DNA of 64,000 bases. It comes from Biomphalaria pfeifferi. Its lineage: Eukaryota. Of this stretch, positions 23,365 to 35,754 are shown piece after piece. The stretch spans positions 169,822-233,821 of the forward strand of contig JASAOG010000245.1 of the NCBI GenBank assembly GCA_030265305.1, written 5' to 3'. The first letter of the stretch is position 1. Each line of letters begins with the position of its first letter. The notes beneath the pieces are model-generated. The model had not been told where the DNA came from. It ran no database searches and saw only the letters and a program-made list of their open reading frames with translations. A program made the translations under genes and the position numbers.

Positions 23365-24029
23365 CAGAGCCGCCCTAACAATTGCGGCGCCCTATACGGA
23401 ACAGATTGCGCGGAGCCCAGTCTTGGTAAGGATAAGGATAATAAGTGAAAATTTAGATTTTGTATTAGAAAATAAATTCGTCTTTGCATTTTATTCCTTC
23501 ATTCCTTCAAGTACAAATTAACTTTACTTAACGAGCCTTGCATGCGGCAAAGTATATCATTGAAATTCTGTTGTTTTTTTTAAATACATCACGCTCAATA
23601 GCAAGAATAATCAAATTGTTTTATTTATATTCGTGAATTGTTGACCTCTAGTAATAGTTTGAGGCGCGAGTGGCTTCTTTCACCAGATGTCACACTCTTA
23701 CGAGTAGTGTTAAAAATATGAGTGCAACAAAGTAGTTTGGTAAAGCAGTGTGTCTTTCAGTAGTGGACAGATAAGCTAAAAGGACAATTTTGTCTATTTT
23801 ATGAGATTTCAGGAGATTTTAGTAACTTCAGGAGATTCCCATGACTTTTTCGTATATTTTTCTATTTCAGGAGATTTGCAGAATCTCCTGGAAAATCAGG
23901 AGGCCGCGGGAATCCTGTTAAGTAATAATGGTTTATTTTAATAAATTACACCTATAATTAGCGCGGGGCCCATGAGAGTGCGGAGTCCACTGCGACTGCA
24001 TAGGTTATAGTGGCATAAGGCCGGCCCTG
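23365..24029. mobile_element. Non-autonomous hAT-like element, 665 bp, TIR CAGAGCCGCCC ... GGCCGGCCCTG
   Basis: 8-bp flanks are GAAATTGC and GATATTGC, matching 7 of 8. The subterminal sequence, e.g. GCCACTATAACCTATGCAGTCGCAGTGGACTCCGCACTCTCATGGGCCCCGCGC, is shared with 55295-55944. No ORF. ORFs 24110.. and 24373.. nearby are not supported as genes. Confidence 0.6.
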
Positions 24030-25677
24030 GATATTGCCTCCTACACATCTGCTTATCTCGAAATTTAGATCTCGTGTAAAAAGCTTGCTTTTCCTTATAT
24101 ATATTTTTAGTGAACTATTTTTTACTTATTCCCTTACAAGGGACAAATATGTTGGTAGAGCTTAAAAAAAAGATTCTTTGTAATCCCACAAAACATCCGC
24201 CTCGTGCAATGCCATCTTTTTGTATAGATCAGAAAAGCCGCGTGGTGGTAATGTGCATGGGCTTACGGTGTATCACAAATTTCAATGCCAGTAAAAAAAT
24301 TGGTGTATGGAACTTTTTTAAAAGAATGTCAATCAAACTGTTAGCGGACGAGACGTTTTAACGCGAGCTGTTTTGGCGCAAAACTTTTTCACGATAACTT
24401 ATAAAACCCAAAATTTTTATACTAAATATTTTGACTACTATAGTAAATATAGTATACAGTTAATAAAATTAATGCTACACAAATATAATGACATTAACCC
24501 CCCCATACATTATTATTATGCCAGGGCTGTAACAATAATTACGCAACAAACTTAAATCTCAAATCTAATGAGACAAAAATAACTATTCTTCATTACATAA
24601 AAACTAGTTTGAAAACACATACAAACCATTAATATTTATCTTTTTTTTTAAGACATAATAAAGTGGACATATATGTAATGCGGAGGGTGTATTACATACC
24701 AAAACACCCTGCTTCGCTCTTAGAGGCACTTGTTGGTCGTTGTTCTGGCCACATGGAACTCTCAGTTTATCTTGTGTACTCGCGTACCCCACTTTGAAAA
24801 CCACCAAGGAGCACGCTATGATACTCCGGACAATGAACTAAAAACAGGTCTAATAAAAAATGAATGTGCAATAAAAAAAATGCCAGCTAAACGGTATGTC
24901 TTGACTGTTGTTTTGTCTCGACTATTGTGCAAGACAGGACAGTCCGTCACGGCAGCTGTTATATTTTATGTTTGTAACGCCTTCATATTGTGAGGCCCAG
25001 TTATCAATAATAGTCAACGGACCAATAAGGACTTATATGAACGCTAGTCCCCTAGTAATCCTAAGGTGCTATTTCATTCGTATTCTCAGTGACAAGTTTT
25101 TCTATTTGATTTATGTTTTGTTAGGTACAATATAAAATTGTTTAACTTGATGGGAGAATGCGCGACGGAGAAAAAGTGTTTACAATTATTTAAGGAGACT
25201 AAACCCAACAAAATTTAGCCATATCTGTGAATACTAAATGGTTAGTTTCCTTTCATTGTATCAAACAAAACAATTAATTACCAGTAATTAATTGACTAAT
25301 TGGTTGCTTTTCTGTTATAAATTGATTAATGTCTTGTCCATGCAACTATGTCTATTCCACACTTTTTACCAGACAGACCGAGTTGATATAAGCTTTGTTA
25401 AAACGAAAATACATTATTTTTATAATTAATCACTTTTAATAGTAAAAAAAAAAAAAAACTGGGGAGACTTTAATCATAAGAAAGATTACAATTTTTTAAA
25501 TATATTTTATTTTGGGTGAATGAGTTGACGATTTCTAGGTCTGTTCATTACAATCTCTCTGGTCCATTGGTTGGGGTGAGAATGACGTCCCTTGAGAGAT
25601 TGTTATTGTCAGAGGCCCGTGTTTTGAGACCAATAGCACAAGAACAAGAGAAGGCAGTTTTCCTAGTTTATTGTGTA

Positions 25678-25758
25678 CTAACTCTTTCTCTCCGTAATTA
25701 TTTACCACATTCAGGTGAAATCAACGAGTGTAGCGTCAGTTAGGAGAGAAAGAGTTAA
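25678..25758. mobile_element. About 80-bp MITE with 16-bp perfect TIR TTAACTCTTTCTCTCC / GGAGAGAAAGAGTTAA
   Basis: Direct reading. A second copy in opposite orientation is at 33348-33427, and a partial copy is at about 40990-41022. Confidence 0.75.
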
Positions 25759-25879
25759 ATAGTTGAACATTTCATGGCGTTATTTACATACATAAGTTCA
25801 TTCTGATTACTTCTATTAAATATATATTCTGTTCTTACTATGTAACAGGTGTTTATTTGAACTTTTGAAATGCATATTC

Positions 25880-25972
25880 AGGGGCGCCATAAAAATCCAG
25901 AAGTTCACCGAGATTCGAATCCAGGACCCCAGGTTCGGAAGACAAGCGCTTAACCACTCAGCCACCGCACCC
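25880..25972 (-). mobile_element. SINE tRNA-like head only, minus orientation
   Basis: Reverse complement reads GGGTGCGGTGGCTGAGTGGTTAAGCGCTTGTCTTCCGAACCTGGGGTCCTGGATTCGAATCTCGGTGAACTTC. Confidence 0.6.
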
Positions 25973-28661
25973 TACCCAAAAGAGGACAGGAACTTTGTCT
26001 ACAAAAATTGACACCACCCCAAGCAAATGTAATCGTGGAACTGTGAACATGTCTTCTTGCATGCGCGTGTCACACCCCTGACGCTAGATCCGCCACTGAC
26101 GCCGAGGGGCACACTGTTTGACATAAACACGCGAGGACAGCAGACATATTAGCACGTGACTATGTGGGCGATTATGCTGTCGTCCCGATGCTTTGGCTAT
26201 TGATCTTAGGACCTCCGAGGCCTACATGTAATACTTTGTGGATAGCCGACCTGCGTGTCAGACCTGGTTGTTGTTTCTTTAATATGAGTAGTCACGTGAT
26301 GAGTTGCAATCGAGACTAAAAGAGAAACAAAACATTTTTACGTTTTACCTAACATCGGAGCAGTGAGAAACTCGAACGCCAACAAAATAATGTATGAGAA
26401 TCGCTTATTAAGTTAATTGCCATTTAATTAGTTATCATGTTAGATCTCCACTGCAGTTTACATAATAATAATACGGCTTGTCAAATGTGCATCCCGCGGC
26501 CTTTTTGAGTGACCTCCAGCTGTCCCGTTCTGAAGCTGCATGCAACCAGGTGCTCTCTTACATGTCAGTTAAAGCAAGTTGGTCTTTGAGGCGTTTCCGT
26601 GGTGCACCTGTGTTACGTCGACCACCTTTCAGCTCACCAAAAAAAAAAAGACTGCTATTGGCATACGTTCGTCCGCCATACGGGATACGTGCCCTACCCA
26701 GCCTAACTGTCGGATCATAAGAAGTCCCTCAATAATGTCCATACCGGCGTTCGCAAATATACTATGCAGTGTACTTTAATAACTACAATTTATTTACAAA
26801 TACATTTTTTTTGGACAATCAAGAGTGTGCGAACATAACGTAGTTATCTCCCCTTTGACCCGACGCCTGCTAAGAAATTAGTTTCTTTAAAGTCTCCAGT
26901 TCTTATTTAAGTATCTCTCATGTCCACTGACTAATTATATAATTGAAATGGACACGGGAACTCATAGTCCGGCTTTAGCACACTTCCGATTTTGAAATTG
27001 TCAATAATCTAATTAGTCTAACAAATTGATATTTGTCGGCGCCTTAACCTAGTCAGGTAATTAAGGGGACACAATTTCCACATGACATCTTGATCTTTGC
27101 AATGTACAAACTTTCCCATTAAATGGGTCATGTCCCTGACCAATATAGCTTATATAAATGCATAGAAACACTGGGGTAATACATCCGTATCTTATCTTAT
27201 AAATTACAGACGTTACTTTAAAAGAGAAGATACGCGTATCCTTGTCTTAATTATTTTTTTAGAGATTTAAAATCTGCTAAGTCATTGATTTTCCAGGCTG
27301 ATTCAAGCAACCCGTTCCATGTTCCAAAGGCACTTTGAATAAGTAGCTCTTGTGTGAATGTGGCCTAGAATATGGAATAAAAAAATGCCTCTATTTTTTT
27401 GTGTCTTTCTGAGTGTTTCATTAAATTTTTTTTTCTATTTGAAAATTACAGTTTAGTGTTTTATGTATTATGACTACTTGACTTTTTAGTCTTCTCTCCT
27501 GAAGTGTCTCTAAGTTTAGTGATTTTTTTTAGTGATTTTACTAATGGTGTTACTCTAGCGGCTAGTTCAAAGAAAATATTCGTTTGTTTTAAATCCCACT
27601 ACTGTATCTGTTTTAGTTTTTTTTTTCTCCGTAAGTTGTGGGGTACCAAACATATTCTTATATTTGTCTAACCAAAATTAAATAGCTTTTTAGTTTTATC
27701 TTATTGTTGAATTTGTAAAAAAAACAAAAAAACTTTAATGCTTTGTTTATTATTATGGAGGTTTCATGATAACTTCACATTTATTATAATACCGAGCTAA
27801 AGTTTTTTAGTCTTTATAACTGGGTTAAATGATTTATAAACTCCTTCATCCCACTGTCGGTCAGAGTGTTACAAGATCCGCTGTCGTCATCGAGAAGTTC
27901 ATAGCAGTCTAATTCATAAAACGCTGGTTATGAGTGTGTATGCGTTTCTTGTGTGAATGTTGTTCGTATTTGCATCTATATTGTTATTGTTACAGTAGTT
28001 ACGCTTAAGTTGTCAATAGTAGTCAAACTGAATTTCCGTTTGATTGGATCAATAAAAATTATCTTATCTTATCTTAACCTTAGGGTGTTGATTCCCATTT
28101 CTGTAATTCATCTCATCTCTTTCTTTTCTCTTCTGTGAGTGTGATGTCCAGTTTCTATCTCTTTTAACTTGGACTTTTTCTTGCTTTACTAGAAACCATA
28201 GCAACGCTGGCTATGACGAGTAATTGTAAAACATAAACCCAGAAGTCTGGAATAAAAAAAAAAACATAACATAGAATGTATGTCCCAAAGTGTTTTTACG
28301 AACCTTTTTTTACGTACGTTGAACATTTTTTTAAAAATGGTTGGATGTGTTCTTTCATGCTGTCACAGCAACGTCGTTTGGCTGGGGGGGGGGGGGGGTT
28401 AACGGGTCACGGAAGTATTTAATGGATAGGAAAGAATAAAAATTAGAGGCAGGGAAATGATTGGGAAGAGAGATGAATCAATGAAAAACATGGCTAAAAA
28501 TAAATTGGGGGGGGGGGGGGAACTGAGGTGCAGAGCGTGGAAAATGTATATTTAAAAAAAACAACTAATTTTAAAAAAGCTAAAAACCCAGCCACCTTAC
28601 AATGATAATATTAGAGCAGTAATTTTCTTCCTTTATTTACACATTAGTGTGTGCGTGTGAG

Positions 28662-28785
<124 letters not shown>

Positions 28786-29789
28786 AGATAGAGATATATA
28801 TCTTTATTTGTTTCGATTGTAGCAATCCCCTATAAAGCGTCTGTTATTCGAGGCGGATAGTCTAACAATGTGGCTAGCTGAATGTTGATTGCTTCTGTTC
28901 TAGGAACTACCGCATTCAATACAGCAGTCTCTGAGAATCGGAGTGTAGGATCCTCATAAAGCAATGGCCATGCTCAAGGTAGCACCCTAGGGATTTACTA
29001 GGGGACTAGCGTTCATATAAATTCTTATAGGTCTGTTGACTATTATTGATACCAAGCCCTTAACAAATGAGGCCTTACAAAAACTGTAACAGTTTCTGTG
29101 ACTAACTGTCAAGTCTTGCACAATCATTGAGACAAAACATCCGTGAAAATAAAGACGAAACAAACTATCGTCGAGACACCTGTCTTGTCTCTAGTCACGG
29201 TCAGACTGCGGGCGGGCGAAGAAATATTATTTCTAATCTATGATTTAAAATTTTAAATTATGTACACGGGCTCAATAAAACTGAATAGTGCAAATTTTCG
29301 GCTTTAATAAATAAAAGAATTTCTAAACTTTGACCAAAAAAATTAGCTTGTTTAAATAGAAACAAGTAAATTTGAAATCAACTAAATTAATTAATTTAAT
29401 TTACTTTCCCCTCTAAAGTGTCTTAACAAAGTTATTCAATACAAAATAAACAACACCTTAAACATTGAAATTAAAATTCATCTCAGCCTATTCTCAGTGT
29501 CAAATAATTCTCATTTATTTTGGCAAAGCCGATCATAAAGACAGATGCCGTAACCAACATTCCTCCGCCCCCCGAAAGCGCTTTTAAGATCAAAGCAAGT
29601 GCCATCTTACGTTCATTAACACTAACATATACAAAATTTTCTATTAGACTACTATTGTTCACTAAGACTAAGACTGCTATATTGATCCTTAAGGAAATTT
29701 GTTGTGATTACAAGGACTCTTTTCTCATATAAAGACAACACAACAGAAAAATACACATAAATACAACAGACACAAGAGTTCATTCAGCG

Positions 29790-30070
29790 ACTACACACAG
29801 GTATCTTGGTGCATTTCATGTTCCCTGATCAATGAGTGGCGGTGATAGAGTCTGACCGAGATAGGTACGAACGAGTTTTTGTACCGCTCCGTTCTTGTTT
29901 TGACTGACAGCAGTCGCCCACGTAGTTCTGATGGAGCGGGTGGCCGTTGTCTTCCAAGATTTTTTCGATTTTTCTTAGGCACTTTTGTTCAAAAAGTTCC
30001 TTTAAATGTGGTAATGTTGTGACTGTAATTTTTGATGCTTTTTTAATGATGTTTTCTAGACGTCGCAACA
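29790..30070 (-). mobile_element. LINE 3' tail fragment (ORF2 C-terminus)
   Basis: Minus ORFs end ...RTERYKNSFVPISVRLYH, the same tail motif class as LINE-A ...RTNLYKYSFFPSAIRAWN. Confidence 0.45.
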
Positions 30071-30210
30071 GTTTAGACGAGGAGTTGCCTTGCCAACAAC
30101 CCCAACTCTAACCCTTCACTTCAGCTTTACTACTATAACAATAGCGATATAGATGCTAGACATTCTGTATGGTGATCTAATAGAAGGCAGGAGAGCCGCT
30201 GGTCGACCAC

Positions 30211-30275
30211 TGTGTCACGGTTGACCACACAGTAACCGTGTCACAACAGTTTACTGTGTGGTCAACCGTGACACA
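30211..30275. promoter_or_regulatory. Perfect 25-bp inverted repeat (TGTGTCACGGTTGACCACACAGTAA) with a 15-bp spacer, about 420-480 bp upstream of the MVP ATG
   Basis: Arm 1 is 30211-30235. Arm 2, 30251-30275, is its exact reverse complement. The spacer CCGTGTCACAACAGT repeats the GTGTCAC core. Confidence 0.4.
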
Positions 30276-30693
30276 ACCACCCTTAAGGTATACAGATCAA
30301 GAGCAATGCTTCTCCGCCTCATCGTGGCGCTCGGGTGGAAACGGTCGTTAGAGTAGACTATTAGACCACAAAAACAGATGAGCTTTACATCATCAGCTCT
30401 ATAGATAGCAAGGTCTGAAAGGGAAACGTCACTTTACTTACGATAATCCATAAGATAAACATCATCAATAGTATTTTCTCCGCCCTTGAAACTTTTTTTT
30501 TTCCATTTTTCTTTTCAGAAGGAAAGGAGAGAAAGAAGAAAGAAAAAAGAGAGCAGGAAAATAGTTATTTAACTTCACAATTAACAAAACTCGAATCTCA
30601 AGGAACGTAGTTCTCTAGCCAAGTGGTAGAGTATAGTAATAGTATACAGACAGTAGTTAGTCTATTGACCCCATATTCTCTAGAAAGACGACC

Positions 30694-33309
30694 ATGGCAA
30701 ACTACAGAGTCAGCCGGTTTGACAACGAGGATGGAAGCAGAAATGTCGACCGCAATGATGGCGCCATTTTTAGAATTCCTCCGCACTACTTTATTCACGT
30801 GCTGGATCAGAACACCAACGTGACGCGGACAGAAGTAGGACCAAAGACATTCATCCGCCAGGATCACCAGCGCGTTACCCGTGGCCCGGAGCAGATGGTG
30901 ATTGTCCCACCGAGGCATTACTGCGCCATCGAGAACCCTGTATGCAGAGACAAGGACGGAAACTTGATTATAGATTCAATCGGGCAGATCAAGCTTCAGC
31001 ATGCTGAGCTGGAGATTCGTCTTGCACAGGATCCCTTTCCCTTACATCCTGGAGAGGTTCTCAAGCTGCCTGTTCAAACATTGCACGTGGTGCCAGCGAA
31101 CTCCGCTCTAAAGATTCGCGCCATCCTTGACTTCACTGATGAAGATGGTCGTCGATGGTCAGCGGGGGATACTTGGTTGTTTGAAGGACCTGGCACTTAT
31201 ATCCCAAAGAAAGAAACGCTTGTTGAAGAGACGATCCAGGCGGTGGTCATTGGACCCAACCAAGCCCTGCGTCTTACAGCCAAGCTGCAATGTCTGGACA
31301 GAGACGGACATTCAAGGGTGTCAGGGGAGGAGTGGATGGTCAAGAAGACCGGTGCATACCTGCCAGGTGTATTCGAAGAAGTGGTGAGCATCGTTAACCC
31401 CTACGTTCTGACTGAATCCATTGGTCTCCACATCAGGGCAATTAAAACATTCAAAGACGACTTTGGAATTGAAAGAAAAAACGGCCAAGAATGGCTGATC
31501 ACTTTCAAAGACTCCGAATCTCATATACCAGGAGTCTACGAAGAGGTACTGGGGGTTATAAATATAACTACGCTGACCAACAGACAGTACTGTGTTATAT
31601 TGAACCCAGTAGGCGACGATGGAAAGCCGCAGTTGGGTCAGAAGAAGCTTGTCAGAGGAGAAAAATCTTTTTTTCTGATGCCAGGCGAAGCCTTGGAGAA
31701 AGGCATACAAAGCGTGTACATCCTTAGCGAAGAAGAAGGACTGGTCCTTAACGCAACGGAACATTTTAAAGACGGTGCTGTGATGAGAAGTCCTGGAGTT
31801 AAATGGATGATCAGAGGTCCAACGGAGTATGTGCCCCCTGTTGAGGTCGAAGTAGTCTTTAAAAGACGTGCGATTCCTTTGGATGAGAATGAAGGAATAT
31901 ATGTCAGGGACGTCAAATCTGGGAAGGTCAGGGCCGTGATTGGCTCCACCTACATGATCAAAGAGGATGAAGAGCTTTGGGAGAAGGATCTCCCTGAGAC
32001 TGTAGAAACCTTAATAACACGAGGTACTGATCCTCTGGCCGACAGGGGAGTGAGGGGGTTAAATGAAGCGAAGACCAAACCGAGAGACAAAACGCGAGTA
32101 GTTACATATCGCGTGCCACACAATGCAGCGGTTCAAATCTATGATTACAAAGCCAAAATGTCCAGGGTGGTCTATGGCCCTGAGCAGGTCATGCTTGGAC
32201 CAGACGAGCAGTTTACTGTCCTGAGTCTCTCTGGGGGCAAACCAAAGAAGAATCACGCCATCAAAGCTCTGTGCCTTCTTTTGGGACCTGACTTTGCTAC
32301 GGATGTTATCACCGTGGAAACAGCTGACCACGCCAGACTCTCAATTCAATTATCCTACAACTGGCATTTCGATGTCGTAGACAAATCACCGGAGGAATCG
32401 GCTAAGCTATTTAACGTTCCAGACTTTGTGGGGGACTCGTGCAAGGCTATAGCCTCTAGGGTACGTGGCGCTGTAGCTCAAGTCTCCTTTGATGATTTTC
32501 ATAAGAATTCAGCGAAGATCATCAGGGCATCAGTGTTTGGGATGGTTGATGGCAAGGTGGTGACAACTATACGTTTCCCACAGAACAATCTTGTCATCAC
32601 CAATGTTGATGTTCAATCTGTCGAGCCTGTGGACCAGCGTACCAGAGACTCGCTTCAAAAGTCTGTACAGCTCGCTATTGAAATTACCACCAATTCACAA
32701 GAAGCAGCTGCTCGACACGAAGCCGACCGCCTTGAGCAGGAAGCTAGAGGACGCCTGGAGCGCCAAAAGATTTTGGACGAAGCCGAAGCCGAGAAAGCCA
32801 GAAGAGAGCTCTTGGAGTTGCAGGCCAATAGCGCTGCGGTGGAGAGCGCTGGCCAAGCCAAAGCCGAGGCGCAGAGCCGCGCAGAAGCGTCGAGGATTGA
32901 AGGAGAGGCTGCTGTGCAACAAGCGAAATTAAAATCACAGGCTTCGGCGATTGAATCCGAATCCGAACTGCAACGCCTTACTCTGGCGAGGAACGCGGAG
33001 CTTGCATACGTTAAAGACAAAAATCGAATGGATCTCGACAAGAATGCGGAGCTCTCAAACATTGAAGTCAATAAATTCCGCAATATGGTGGACTCCATCG
33101 GAAGCAACACTCTGCTGGCCATGGCCACCGCAGGGCCTGATTTGCAGGTAAGAATGCTGCAGGCTCTTGGCCTGAAGTCCACACTTATAACAGACGGCTC
33201 GTCTCCCATCAACCTGTTCAACACAGCTAGCGGGCTTATTGGCGATGTTGTGCCTGCTAAACGGAGGAGACTGGACACCCCAGACAACGAGGAAGATGAA
33301 AATGTTTAA
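30694..33309 (+). CDS. MVP: Major vault protein (MVP), 871 aa, single uninterrupted coding exon
   Basis: Collinear with MVP over its full length: ...[33 protein letters not shown]...VPPRHYC...[18 protein letters not shown]...[14 protein letters not shown]...[34 protein letters not shown]...[28 protein letters not shown]...[19 protein letters not shown]...[25 protein letters not shown]...[23 protein letters not shown]...[72 protein letters not shown]...[21 protein letters not shown]. The start is in a Kozak context, gacgACCATGGca. The stop is TAA at 33307-33309. Confidence 0.93.
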   Translation: MANYRVSRFDNEDGSRNVDRNDGAIFRIPPHYFIHVLDQNTNVTRTEVGPKTFIRQDHQRVTRGPEQMVIVPPRHYCAIENPVCRDKDGNLIIDSIGQIKLQHAELEIRLAQDPFPLHPGEVLKLPVQTLHVVPANSALKIRAILDFTDEDGRRWSAGDTWLFEGPGTYIPKKETLVEETIQAVVIGPNQALRLTAKLQCLDRDGHSRVSGEEWMVKKTGAYLPGVFEEVVSIVNPYVLTESIGLHIRAIKTFKDDFGIERKNGQEWLITFKDSESHIPGVYEEVLGVINITTLTNRQYCVILNPVGDDGKPQLGQKKLVRGEKSFFLMPGEALEKGIQSVYILSEEEGLVLNATEHFKDGAVMRSPGVKWMIRGPTEYVPPVEVEVVFKRRAIPLDENEGIYVRDVKSGKVRAVIGSTYMIKEDEELWEKDLPETVETLITRGTDPLADRGVRGLNEAKTKPRDKTRVVTYRVPHNAAVQIYDYKAKMSRVVYGPEQVMLGPDEQFTVLSLSGGKPKKNHAIKALCLLLGPDFATDVITVETADHARLSIQLSYNWHFDVVDKSPEESAKLFNVPDFVGDSCKAIASRVRGAVAQVSFDDFHKNSAKIIRASVFGMVDGKVVTTIRFPQNNLVITNVDVQSVEPVDQRTRDSLQKSVQLAIEITTNSQEAAARHEADRLEQEARGRLERQKILDEAEAEKARRELLELQANSAAVESAGQAKAEAQSRAEASRIEGEAAVQQAKLKSQASAIESESELQRLTLARNAELAYVKDKNRMDLDKNAELSNIEVNKFRNMVDSIGSNTLLAMATAGPDLQVRMLQALGLKSTLITDGSSPINLFNTASGLIGDVVPAKRRRLDTPDNEEDENV

Positions 33310-33347
33310 CATAAGAATGTTGAATTCCAAAGCAATTCTACAGTAGC

Positions 33348-33427
33348 TTAACTCTGTCTCTCCTAACTGACATACCAACGTTGATTCCACCAGAATGTGG
33401 TAAATAATTACGGAGAGAAAGAGTTAA
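33348..33427. mobile_element. About 80-bp MITE (TTAACTCT...AGAGTTAA family) inserted 39 bp downstream of the MVP stop codon
   Basis: TTAACTCTGTCTCTCCTAACTGAC...GAATGTGGTAAATAATTACGGAGAGAAAGAGTTAA is the reverse orientation of the 25678-25758 copy. Confidence 0.7.
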
Positions 33428-34619
33428 GAGCATCTCGACAAAAACTCTAGAAAAATTCTACAGAATTAATATTTCTCTTGTAAATCCTGGAAGTTTCTCT
33501 TGATAGAGGCGCGCTGAATACAAAATGACGCACACACTTATAGTGCAACTAAAGCATTAGGGTTCTATAAGTTAAATTAAAAATTAATTTATCTATAATA
33601 TAAAGCACAAAGTAAGGCGTATGTCTGTATGTGTGTCCGCATAAAAATCAAAACCGTTAGACCAAATTTTTATAAAAATCTGGCATAAACGTTCCTTAGA
33701 TCACAGAAGAGACCGTAGTGTATGTTTAATGTCACCGCACAACCGGATGGCCCTAAAAATATACAAAAAGTACCTAATTGTATCTCTATTAAAGAGGGAA
33801 ACTTTTTAACAAGTTGGGTAAACACGTTTTCTCGGTATTTAATTTTTGACATGAATATATCGGCTGAATGGATAATTCCATTTTCACACTCTACTTTTAT
33901 TTTCATGGCAAATTTTTAAAAAATCTGAAGGGAACATTCTCTATGTTTGACATAGATCTAAATTCAATCCAATAGATCGGTAATACCCAAACTAAGGCCC
34001 GCAGGCCGTGGGTCATATCCGGCTATTATTTAAGAATATTTTAAACTTGCTTTACTATCGTCACGTTTGCCTTGAGAATGAATGGGAGAGGGGGTGTACA
34101 ATAAAATTATCGGAAAGACAAGGGAAAGATTGGGATGGGGGAGGGGGAAAGGGGTTGCGATTGTCAATGGTTTCATTATTGCACACAGTAAACAAATATA
34201 ATGCTTTTTTTTTTTTAATGCGTTTGCAAGAGTACTAATCATAGTATATCAGTATGGTCATTGCTTACATATCATGTATCAGTAAGTGAAAATGTATTGT
34301 AATTCCTTGCTTAAAATGTATCAGCATGACAGAATGTAACAAAAAGTGCTGCTTACAAAATGTGTATGAATCTGTAGAAATTTCTGGACAATCTTTCATC
34401 ATCTTCATTGACAACATTTTGTCTTTGATTTTTGGTGCCGTCGTTATTGTTTTGTGCCTTATCTGATTTATATTTTTAAAGAAATAAAACTATTACGCTT
34501 TGCTATTTCTGTTCTCTAAAAACGTCTCTACACCACGACATAAGTCTTCGTGTTATACTGAACATTTTATGTGTAGAGTTCATCTTTAAGAATCCTAGTT
34601 ACAAAGCTTCTATCAACTC

Positions 34620-34790
34620 ACTCTGTCTTTCTGTCTGTCTGGTAAAAAAAAGTGTGTACCGTTGTTTCTCCGACACCCAATTTCGGATCAAGCTGAAATT
34701 TTGCACATTTCTTTTACATGACAACACGTGAATCAATTTTTAAAAAATAAATAGCCAATTAGTTAATTAGCTATTGGAAATATTTTATTT
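34620..34790 (+). repeat. Interspersed repeat family C with internal (GTCT)n and a ...TCTCCGACACCCAATTTCGGATCAAGCTGAAATTTTGCAC motif
   Basis: Related copies are at 35440-35530 and 36255-36330 on the plus strand, and at 47290-47420, 52910-53050, 53410-53470, 35990-36110 and 14040-14160 on the minus strand. Confidence 0.55.
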
Positions 34791-35754
34791 GTTTGTTTGG
34801 TTTTTCAAACAAGAGAAAGAAATTGTACTTGACTGAAGTAGTGGTATTAGCTGAGTAAGTCCACGTTATAAGGTCATGGCCTGAGTCTTAGTGAACACAA
34901 ACATGAAATACGACGAGACTCTAGAAACAATACATAACTAAACAATCTTCTATATTCATAAGAACTTCACTAGCAGAGTGGTTAGAACGTCGGCTTGAAG
35001 ACGCCTGAGCCTTGGGCTTGCATTAAGGCTGTCTCCCCCTATATATATATATATAAATGCTTTTTCATTGTTAGTCTAGATCTGTTACGAATTTAATTAC
35101 ACACATTTAATTACACGACTGGGCAAGACGTGGGGACAGTTGGACCGCGACCATTCGTTATAGTGGGCATCAACGCTAGCCTGTGACGTCGCAACCTGTG
35201 GGCAGTGGAGACCAATAGCTCGTTGCCACGTCGTGCAGACCTGTGACGCAGGTGAGAGTTGGGGCCTTCAATGGCGATGCGTTGGAGAGACTAGAGACGC
35301 ATGGAGGAAGTGTTGGTAACGTCTGCCCCAGACAGGACTACAGAGAGAGAGAGAGAGAGGAACTAAATACATTAATAAAGGTAATCATCATTCTATTTTC
35401 TTCGAGATGGAAGATGGACAAAATTTATTATAATACATTTTATCAGCACACTCTGTCTGTCTCGTAAAAATTTCGTACATGTTATCTCTCCCACACCCAT
35501 TCTCGAATCTTATTCTTTGGCATAGACATGAATCAATAAAAAACAAGATTACAAAGACAGTTTGTGTGGAAACACAAATTCAAAATCGGCTCCCGATGTG
35601 GTCCACCCAGGCAGGCTTCAATATTTTCAGAAAGAACATCCAAATGAAATTATATCAAAGACAAATGAGAGATAAGAATGGAGAAAGAAGGTTGACGGAT
35701 CTTGTGTAGTGCCCCAACGGTACAGCAGATCAAAGGATAGGTGCAAGTGCAAGT

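Noticed and set aside
26000-26720. GC-richer stretch with two CACGTG E-boxes and ORF 26478..26720
   Set aside because: The ORF has no recognisable domain and no splice or Kozak support. The motifs are short enough to occur by chance. Left as unexplained, not called as a feature.
33140-33160. Consensus-looking splice donor CAGgtaaga inside the MVP ORF
   Set aside because: Reading through it gives ...[29 protein letters not shown], which matches MVP continuously. It is a cryptic motif, not an intron.
31127-33390. Multiple overlapping ORFs on both strands inside the MVP locus, e.g. 32655..33287 (-) 210 aa and 31321..31764 (-) 147 aa
   Set aside because: These are alternative-frame and antisense artefacts of a GC- and Ala/Glu-rich coding region. 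The forward frame alone matches MVP end to end.
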